Positions 54,501 to 64,000 of a DNA stretch of 64,000 nucleotides are shown here, piece by piece (position 1 is the first letter of the stretch; every line of letters begins with the position of its first letter). The stretch lies in the NCBI RefSeq assembly GCF_009914755.1, contig NC_060927.1; one strand, given 5' to 3'. A program made the position numbers and the translations under genes. The notes beneath the pieces are model-generated. The model did not search any database and had not been told where the DNA came from. It saw only the letters and a list, made by a program, of their open reading frames with translations. This DNA comes from the human T2T-CHM13v2.0 reference genome, Homo sapiens.

Positions 54501-56932
54501 TCGTTAATTTTTTCAAAAAACCTGCTCCTGTATTTGTTGATTTTTTGGAGGGTTTTTCGTGTCTGTATCTCCTTCAGTTCTTCTCTAATCTTAGTTATTG
54601 CTTATCTTCTGCTAGCTTTTGATTACTTTGCTCTTGTCTCTCTAGGTCTTTTAATTGTAATGTTAGGAAGTTGATTTGAGATCTTTCTAGCTTTCTGATG
54701 TGGGCATTTAGTGCTATAAATTCCCTCTTAACACCGCTTTAGCTGTGTCCCAGAGATTCTGGTACATTTTCTCTTTGTTCTCATTGGTTTGAAAGAAATT
54801 CTTGATTTCTGCCTTAATTTCATTATATACCCAGGAGTCATTCAGGAGCAGGTTGTTCAATTTCCATTAAATTGTATGGTTTTTAATGAGTTTCATAATC
54901 CTGAGTTCTAATTTGATCGCACTGTGGTCTGAGAGACTGTTTGTTATTATTGCAGTTCTTTTGCATTTGCTGAGGAGTGTTTTACTTCTGATTTTGTGGT
55001 CAATTTTAGAATAAGTGCCATGTGGCACTGAGAAGATGTATATTCTGTTGCTTTGAAGTATAAAGTTCTGTAGATGTCTAATAGGCCCACTTGATCCAGA
55101 GCTGAGTTCAAGTTCTGAATATCCTTGTTAAGTTTCTGTCTCATTGATCTGTCTAATACTGACAGTGGGTTGTTAAAGTCTCCCATTATTATAATGTGGG
55201 AGTCTAAGTCTCTTTGTAGGTCTCTAAGAACTTGTTTTATAAATCTGGGTCCTCCTGTATTGCGTGCATATATATTTAGAATAGTTAGCTCTTCTTGTTG
55301 AATTGTTCCATTTGCCATTATGTAATGCCTTTCTTTGTCTTTTTTGATCTCTGTTGGTTTAAAGTCTGTTTTGTCAGAGACTAGGATTGCAACCCCTGCT
55401 TTTCTTTGCTTTCCATTTGCTTGGTAAATTTTCCTCCATACCTTTACTTTGAGCCTTTGTGTGTCTTTGCATGTAAGATGGATCTCCTGAATACAGCACA
55501 CCGATGGGTCTTGACTCCTTATCCAATTTGCCAGTTTGTGTCTTTTAGGTGGGGCATTTAGCACATTTACATTTAAGGTTAGTATTGTTATGTGTGAATT
55601 TTATCCTGTCATCATGATGCTAGCTGGTTATTTGATCCTATCATCATTATGCTAGCTGGTTATTTTGCACAATAGTTGATGCAGTTTCTTTATAGTGTCA
55701 TTGGACTTTACATTTAGGTGTGTTTTTGCAGTGGCCTGTACCAGTATTTCCGCTCCATATTTACTGCTTCTTTCAGGATCTCTTGCAGGACAGGCCTGGT
55801 GGTAATGAAATCCCTCAGCATTTGCTTGTCTGGAAAGGGTTTTATTTCTCCTTTGCTTATGAAGCTTAGTTTGGCTGGATATGTAATTCTGTGTTGAAAA
55901 TTCTTTTTTCAAAGAATGTTGAATATTGGCCCCCAGTCTATTCTGGCTTGTAGAATTTCTGCTGAGAGGTTTACTGTTATTCTGCTGAGCTTCTCTTTGA
56001 AGGTGACCTGATCTTTCTCTCTGGCTGCCCTTAACAGTTTTTCCTTTATTTCGACCTTGGAGAATCTGATGATTATGTGTCTCAGGGTTGATCTTCTCAT
56101 GGAGTGTCTTAATGGTTCTCTGTATTTCCTGAATTTGAATGTTGGCCTGTCTTGCTCATTGGGGAAGTTCTCCTGCATCATATCCTGAAGTGTGTATTCC
56201 AGCTTGTTTTCATTCTCCCTGTCTCCTTCTGGTACTCCAATCAATTGTAGGTTTGGGCTTCTTATGAAGCCCCATACTTCTTGGAGGTTTTGTTCATTCC
56301 TTGTTATTATTTTTTCTCTATTCTTTTCTGCATGTCTTATTTCAGTAAGGTAGTCTTCCACGTGGTCGATTCAGCTGTTAATACTTGTGTATGCTTCACA
56401 AAGTTCTTGTGCTGTGTTTTTCAGCTCCATCAGGTCATTTATGTTCCTTTCTAAACTGGTTATTCTAGATAGCCATTCCTTGAACCTTTAATCAACATTC
56501 TTAGCTTCTTTGCATTGGGCTAGAACATACTTCTTTAGCTCATTATAGTTTTTAATTACCCAGCTTCTGAAGCTTATTTTTGTCAATTCATCCATCTGAT
56601 CCTCCGTCCAGTTCTACGTCCTTGATGGAGAGATGTTGTGATCATTTGGAGGAGAAGAGACACTCTGGTCTTTTGGGTTTTCAGCATTCTTTTTGTTGAT
56701 TCTTTCTCATCTTCGTGAGTTTGTCTAGTTTCAGTCTTTGTGCCTCTCACCCTGGGATGGGGTTTTTGTGGAGGCCTTTTTGTTGTTGTTGTTGTTGATG
56801 CTTTGTTGTCACTTTCTGCTTGTTTGTTTTTATTTCAATAGTGAGGTCCCTCTTTTGTAGGGCTGCTGGAGTTTGCAGGGGGTTCACTTCAGGCCCTATT
56901 CAAGTGATTCACTCCAGTGCCTGGAGATGAAG
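51586..56932 (-). mobile_element. near-full-length L1PA8-type LINE-1 (ORF1 and ORF2 decayed, 5'UTR truncated)
   Basis: ORF1 fragment 55909-56361; EN fragment 54947-55564 (MGDFNNPL); RT-region fragment 53689-54012; C-terminal fragment 51849-52037; poly-T at left; perfect 13-bp TSD agtgacactttct (51573-51585 / 56933-56945). Confidence 0.96.
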
Positions 56933-57179
56933 AGTGACACTTTCTAATGATCCTAACACAGCCAAAAGCTTTCCTTTAATAGGTACTTCCTTTGTTGTCT
57001 GTGGTTACTTTTGCTTTCATATGCTTGTACATTTGAATTCCAGTGCCACCTACTTCATGGTTGAAATCATGTACAACTTAGGAAATATAGTTGCAATTAG
57101 AATTGAACAATTGTTACAACGTTATAGAAACTGGAAATATTTACAATTTTATTATAGAGTAGAATTCCTGTGGCTGGGT

Positions 57180-58080
57180 AGCTTGTTACTAAAGCAATAC
57201 AGTGAGTAGGGATTAAGAAGAGAGTTTAATTCGGAATGGGTTTGACTCTTGCCTTTGCATGTACTAGTTATGGAGGTTCAATAAGTTTCAGTTTTCTCAT
57301 CCTTAAAGAGGGTGGTACAGTTATCAGTTTATTTACTCTTAATTCTAAATCCACCCCTCATGCTCAGCTTCCTGATTCTGGATCTGGACCCTGTGAACAT
57401 TTTTCTTTTGCCATTGGAACAATGTTGGACTTCGCCAGGAGAAGGCAGTGAAGGGACACCAGAAGACATAAGCAGAAGGAAGGCTTTTGCTCCTGGTTCT
57501 GGTGTACTTTTCTTCTTACCTCTATGTCACAGCTGATTATCTTATGCGGGAGACCCAGTGACATTCCCCCTCCTATGAGTTTGCCAGCACCACAGGGTGT
57601 AGCTTTAGTGGCCCTACTCCCCAGACAAATTTAGCTCAGCTTTCTGATTACTAGCCCTGTCCTGCCTGCTGCTGGCCAGCTTTGATGCCAGGCACTGCAG
57701 GGAACTTCTCTGCTATCCAAGGGTCTGCAGCCACATCCTCTTCAAAGAGGTCTGAATCTTATCCTTCAGGTAGCCCTTTCCATGTGTGCTCTTTCAAAGC
57801 CCTATGGATCATAGCTACTTGACGACTTTGCTACTTGTGTAGCAAAAGTTCTTTTTAGAACTTTCTCTTACCTCTTGTAGTAATTAACTATGTTTTTCTA
57901 ATTAATAATTCTTCCTATCTAGTTTTCTGCCTTTAAATTACTAATATGTTTTTGTGTTCTGAATAGATCTTGATCAATAAAGTGGGATAATAAAAATATG
58001 TCCCTTTTAGAGGTTGTTGAGAAGTTTAAATAAAGCAATATACGAAGTGCTCAACAAATCCTAGCTATAATTATTATTGA
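57180..58080. mobile_element. MIR split by an inserted ERVL LTR (LTR41-like, ~57320-57978)
   Basis: The MIR core 'tcagttttctcatccttaaa' stops at ~57310 and resumes at 'aagtgggataataa...gaggttgttgagaagtttaaataa' (~57981); the intervening sequence is LTR41-like. Confidence 0.6.
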
Positions 58081-59139
58081 ATGCTTTTTATAATGATTTA
58101 GCAAATTCTAAAGAATGAAATGTTTTCTTCACATGTTAGACCATTTTTTTTTATTTAGAATTATCCCTCTTCCCTTCTCAGTGATCTGGGTTTAGTTGTG
58201 TGGCAAGATAATGTTTGAAATGTGTAGCTATCTAACCACCCACAAGGCTGATCTGACAGACCTGGGCAAGGCCTATAGCTTTGATGGAAAATATAGGAAT
58301 TATTTACATTTTCTTTATTTGCATTTGACTAGATTATTACATAGTTTATTCCTAAAATGGTTTTTTGATTTGTTTTGTTTCAGAAGCATTTTCAACATGT
58401 TTAACATTCTTACTACAGAAAAAACCTCTTAAAATTTTTTTTTTTCCAAATGAAGAAAAGTAAGAGAGGTGGGTTATGTTATAAAATTCAGAAATTTTAC
58501 TCTGCTATTTTATAAATAGTTAAACGGGATTATCCATCTATATAATAATTAATTTTCCACTTACTGTTTTGTATAAACCCAGTAAGAATTCATTCATTCA
58601 AAACACAAAATGCTAACTGTGATTTCACTTGTTTGGAGCAGAAGGCCACATTCAAAATGCTGTTTCAGGAATACATTTTCATTTCTGAAAGTGGTAATAT
58701 ATTTTGTTTTAATTTTCATGTTGTGTACCCATACATAAAATTAGGAGAAATTTAATCAGCTACAAATACCACCACAAAGAAGCCTGGGAACTTGGGTACC
58801 GGTAATTGGAATTGCTGTTCAACTGCAAATTGCTCACTTGATGAAGGTTTTATTCATGGCCCTTTTCTTTATACATTTCAAAACAATACTTGAAGTTCAA
58901 TTTATTTTACTGATGTATACAATTTTTTATATAGAAAAATAGAAAATTGGTGGAAAGGATAAAAGTTATGCCTACTGGGAGGCACACACACAAGTTTCCT
59001 TTAATAGGAAGAACTGTATCTGAAGTGGGGTAGAGAATCGATAATCAAGAAAGCCAAGATGTTAATAAAAACCAAGTTGTATAAAGCCAACTTTATACAA
59101 CCAAGTTGTATAAAGCCAGAAAATAGATGTCACAAAATG

Positions 59140-59610
59140 GTATCCTATTTTTAAGGTGGTGTTAGAAAGAGGGTATTTACAACAATATGGGGAGGGTGCA
59201 GAGAAATCACAAAGGATAATGCCATACCCAGAAGGCTATTATCAGCATATCTGTTACCACTTCGAAGCCAGGGAAGAATTTGTATGGGGAAGTGCCAGCT
59301 ACAGAAACCTAGAATGAGAGGACAGTATAGAGGAGGCTTCCTTGAGGGAAGCATTGACCATCAGTTGAAGGACTGAAACAGTACAAGGTGATCCCACAGA
59401 GATGGAACTGCAGGAATAAACTCCATGATCTCATCCTCTCACCCTCTGATCACCTGCAGAATCTCCCCTTGGTTTAAATCAATGGGAAACCAGCAGAGTT
59501 TAAGGGAGACTATTGATGTATTTCAACAAAGTCAGCCTACCGGGACAAAGAACAGAATGGGGAATAATGGGGAATGGATTTGAAGGAACAAACAAAAGAT
59601 ATCTAGCAAA
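59140..59610 (-). mobile_element. old ERVL-type LTR remnant
   Basis: 'ccctctgatcacctgc...cccttggtttaaatcaatgggaaaccag...gtcagcctaccgggacaaagaacagaatgg...ggatttgaaggaacaaac' is LTR-like; family uncertain. Confidence 0.45.
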
Positions 59611-61762
59611 CTATTTTAACATAAAAATAAAATTTTAACCACCTCATGTGACATGACAAGAAACAGGAAACCATAAGGATATAGAATAAAACCTAGACAA
59701 AAATAAGCATAGGCTGATTCTTTTAACACTTCTTACCACTTGAAACTTGATAGCCTACTTTTTAAAGCCAAGTGTTATATAGTGTATAAACTAAATTAAA
59801 AGACAAAGAGAAGATGAAATTAAAAAAAACTGTTGAGTATTGAAAACAGAATTGATTGCACATATTTCTCTATTTGGAAAAGTGAGTCTTGCTACAGACT
59901 TATACACATTTATGTCTAAATAAATATTTTGAAGTGTTTAAAGTATTTTTTTAAATCTCAAAATAGATTTTATATATGAAAAAGCATGTTATATAGAAGA
60001 AAAGATTTCCTGATACTGGGAGAAAGCTTTTTTTTTTTTTTTAAAGAATTCAGGTTTATTAATTAGTATGTTTGGACATTTTTTAAGGGACTTTTTAATG
60101 TGAAGTGCACTTTCCATTCTGTTCCTAATGCATTCTTGAAGTTGAAAAAACTAGTCGTGCATGTTATACAAATAGCAGCAGAGTTCACCCTCTTTTTTAA
60201 AAAAAGTTTTGTACCATTTTACTTTAGTTAAATAAATTCTACTGTTATTAATAATACACTCTTAAAATGCTATTTTATTTTAGGATGTTTTGTGTTTTTG
60301 ACTTGTTATCATGATTTGAAATGCAGCTGGTTGCCCTTCAAAAACAATGTTTAGATAGTAGTACCAATGTTAACATATCTAAGTGAGACCAATATCCCAG
60401 ATGCACACATAGGAACATAAGGAATTAAAAAGCCTTTCTGCAAAAAAAAAAAAAAAAAAAATCATAAAGTGGAAAATGGGTTTCCAGATAACTGAGAGTC
60501 AATGGGCTTTCTGTTTACTCAATGTAGGCAGGATAGAGAAAAATCAAAGGAAAGCCTCTAGAGACATTTTTGGATTCCATAAAGCCATTGAAACTTGCAG
60601 ATTTACACAAGGGATTTTGCAGGTTAAGTGTTTGGAAAGTAGATTTCTCAGCATGTTCTGGTATGATAAGGGTTTTAAGGCAGATGGATATAATGTGAAT
60701 ATAATTAAACCCTTTTCAGATAATAGTATAATAATGCTATGTTCTCTAAGGATAGGCAGAACTGCTGCTCTGCTCTGAGTACATTTCATCCATTTGGATC
60801 TATGTGTTCTATTCTATTCCAGGGTTTCATTAGGAATAATTTCCATGCATATAGTTCCCAAGACTTCATTTTATTGTTCTAATGTCACCAGCACCTTAAA
60901 TAAAGATCCACATTGTTGAATAAAAAAAGACACATAGGCAAAGAAAGGGAAGGAACTGAAGCAAAATAAATGAAAGAGTTCTCAGGCAATATTTTTATAT
61001 ACACATTTTTGTTATAATTTAAGAATTGTTTTTAAAGTATTAGTGTCTTTGAAGTCTCATAGGACAGTAGAAAAAAACTGGAACCTTAAATATTAATGGA
61101 ACCAAAAAAATACATTTGCTTTGGTTCAGAATGATTTTTACTGTAGTGGTAATATTAATACTCTTCTTGCTTTCTTTTATCTGATTTGCCATTTTTTTTC
61201 CAGAAAAAGAAATTTAGCCAACTTTCTTATCTCCATATTTCAAATACTCTAAGCATTGAATAGTTATCTTTATTTTTTTGAAAAAAATTTATAATCTCTA
61301 TCAAACAAATTTGTGCATATTTTCATCTTCTTTAATTAAAAACATCAAAAACAGAGCAAAAGGTAATATTCTTCAAATTGATTTAAAATTGAAATTTTAA
61401 GCAATTTATTCTAATCTGAAATAGAGCTCATATACTGGCTGAAAAAACAAACAAACTTATAGTTCCTTCACTGACTATGACACGATCAAGAATAAAACAG
61501 AGAGAAGCCCCTTCAGGAAAAAAGAAAGATTTTACTACTTACATTATAAAATTATAAACTGTATCTTATATTTGTATATGGTTTTTATATGGAGTATGTA
61601 AACCCAGATAAAAATAAAAATATTAGTACAGCTGGGAAATGACTAGGTCATATTCCTCCCTCTCCACACAATTCATCCATAAATTCCTAACAAACACTTT
61701 GCTTATAACAAGAGTTGTATATATATTTGATAAATAAATAAATGCAAAGCAAATAAAATAGA

Positions 61763-62043
61763 TTTTTTGTCTATAAAATAGATTATAAAAGATATAATCT
61801 ATTATATTATATTATATATATATAAATATTTATTTATTATTTATAAATTATAAATATATATTTATATATATAACTATATATATTTATATATAACTATATA
61901 TATTTATATATATATTTAAATATATAAATATATATATAACTATATATATTTATATATAAATATATATATTTAAATATATAAATATATATATAACTATATA
62001 TATTTATATATTATAAAAGATAATCTATTTTATAGACAAAAAA
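61763..62043. repeat. AT-rich palindromic repeat: (TA)n-rich core with perfect 24-bp terminal inverted repeats
   Basis: ttttttgtctataaaatagattat (61763-61786) is the reverse complement of ataatctattttatagacaaaaaa (62020-62043); the core contains repeated tatatataactatatatatttata units. Confidence 0.9.
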
Positions 62044-63559
62044 GGAACAAAGAGAAAAAAAAGAAAGCCTAATCTAGAAATTATCACTTAAGAAATAAGC
62101 AGAAGCACTTATGAATTCATGGATTATATATCAATTGAATTACGAGTCTTTGGCATTTTTTTTTTCATTTTAAGACATGGGATCAACTAGCCTGTTAGTT
62201 TTTTTTGTTGTTGTTGTTTTAATTTATGAAAAGAAAAAGTGCAAACCACTGGATATACACCTGGTATAAAAGAAAAATAAACTACCTGAAGGATAAGAAA
62301 TCTTGGTTCCACCTTATCCCTTGAACCATAAATAAACTTCATGTTATAACTGAAACTCATTGTCCTCAGTAGAAAATTAAAGATTTGACTATACAATTAC
62401 TCACATTTCCTTCTAGAGCTAATATGTGATGATTCTCAATGTAAACAAAAATGTATATTTCTCTACAGACACATAGAGTCTCAGAAAGATCCATAGAATG
62501 CTCATTATTTGTAATGACAGATTTACAGCCCCAAAATGTAATTAAATAGACCTTCTAATCCATACATTGGAAGAATGAGAACTAAGCACAGTCAGTTCTT
62601 GTGGTGCACAGACAGACAGATACACATACAATCTCTTTGAAATCTTTCATTGACGTCTTCCAGCTCTCTAAGTTAAGACCATCGAATTATTACATGTAAA
62701 TAATCAATTTTTATACAAATCAGCATATAGGATTAGAATAAATAATGATAGGTGCCTACCTCTTTCATCTTCTGAAAGTATTATTTTGCTTGTTTTATAA
62801 TAAAAATACATTTTAAAATGCTTAAAATATTACAAAATTAGAGGATCAATAACCAGAAACTTTAAGAAGTGTTTTAAAAACAGAAAACAGTGTGATTATG
62901 AAGTAGGAGAAGATAATCTAAAATACACATTAAAGAAAATTTTTATAAAAAAGTGAAAGTGATTTTGTGAGTGCTTAGTAGTCAGAGACAAAGATACAGA
63001 TCATTGTTTCAGAAACTAAATTTAGAGCTGTCAGTCTTGGAGGCCTTTTTCCCCTTATTTCTCCTTCTTAAATCCATTTGTGCACAGCACTAGGTGTTGT
63101 TTTCAGGCTGCGGCTTTCAGTGGAAGATGGGATGGAGGGAAAGGGGGAGGACCCTTCAGTCCTTGATGGTGGTAACATATGAGGGAATGAACTTCCCCAA
63201 TGTCTAGAAAACAATGATGGCAAACTTCTATCAGGTTCACCCTGATCCTGATCTCCCAAATTATGGGAGAATGTATGGTAAACACAAATATTATTTCAAA
63301 CATTTGAAGAAAATCAACATGATAAATGAGAGGCATAAAAAGACAAGAATCAGAATATTATGTGTCTGAGGTATCACCTACTATAACACAAAAAAAATTT
63401 GAAAAAAATATAATGCCTGTACTAAAGAGATAAAAGAAGATAGTGCATTCATGAAACAAAGAAGAAACAAACGCAAACATAAAAAGTCACAACTGATGTA
63501 GATGTAATAGATTTCTGTATTTTAAAAGTACTGTTTAATAAATGAAAACAGATTCCAAA

Positions 63560-64000
63560 CATTCCAAAATCTCTGGGATGCAACTAGAGCAGTGTTAAGA
63601 GGAATGTTTACAGTGATATGTACCTACATCAAAAAATTAGAAAGATCTCAATTTATTTTTTATTTTATTTTATTTTTTATTATACTTTAAGTTCTAGGGT
63701 ACATGTGCACAACTTGCAGGTTTGTTACATATGTATACATGTGCCATGTTGGTGTGCTGCACCCATTAACTTGTCATTTACACTAGGTATATCTCCTGAT
63801 ACTATCCCTCCCCCCTCCCCCAACCCCATGACAGGCCCCGGTGTGTGATGTTATCTAACATTATACCTAGAGGAAATATTAAAACAAGAAAAGACTAACT
63901 TCAAAGCTAGCAGAAGAAAATAAATAGCTAAAATTAAGGTAGAAATGAATAAATTGAGACCCCAAAATTCATAAAAAGAATCAATAAACCAAAACCCAGT
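63560..64000 (+). mobile_element. older L1 ORF2 fragment (runs off the window), host of the nested stub below
   Basis: 'ccaaaatctctgggatgcaactagagcagtgttaagagg...cctacatcaaaaaattagaaagatctcaa' resumes at 'atctaacattatacctagagg...aaagctagcagaagaaaa'. Confidence 0.85.
63652..63852 (-). mobile_element. short L1PA (L1PA4-6-like) 3'-end insertion nested in the older L1
   Basis: (TTTTA)n tail plus 'ttatactttaagttctagggtacatgtgcacaac...gacaggccccggtgtgtgatgtt'. Confidence 0.92.

Noticed and set aside
53150-56361. Endonuclease and ORF1-like ORFs as an active L1
   Set aside because: Multiple frameshifts and stops, and a truncated 5'UTR promoter.

Overview
This is AT-rich, CpG-depleted primate (very likely human) non-coding genomic DNA with no intact protein-coding gene or supportable RNA gene. 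The informative ORF-track hits are LINE-1 ORF1/ORF2 remnants; the rest are Alu, microsatellite or chance ORFs. It contains a processed NDUFA5 pseudogene missed by the ORF track, two large L1s (L1PB-type on +, L1PA8-type on -), two twin-primed inverted L1 stubs, six Alus, several LTR relics and DNA-transposon MITEs. A ~10-kb transposon-poor block holds candidate enhancers. The strongest observation is that the NDUFA5 retrocopy has no poly(A) tail and runs directly into a 5'-truncated L1PB. One 21-bp CpG-decayed direct repeat flanks the whole 4.9-kb unit, suggesting an mRNA-L1 template-switch chimera made in a single insertion event. Also notable are a consensus-identical AluY, an AT-rich palindrome with perfect 24-bp inverted arms and a micro-scale inverted triplication. 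Repeat subfamily names and reference proteins are recalled from memory, not from database searches. I found no evidence for a wholly new biological system.
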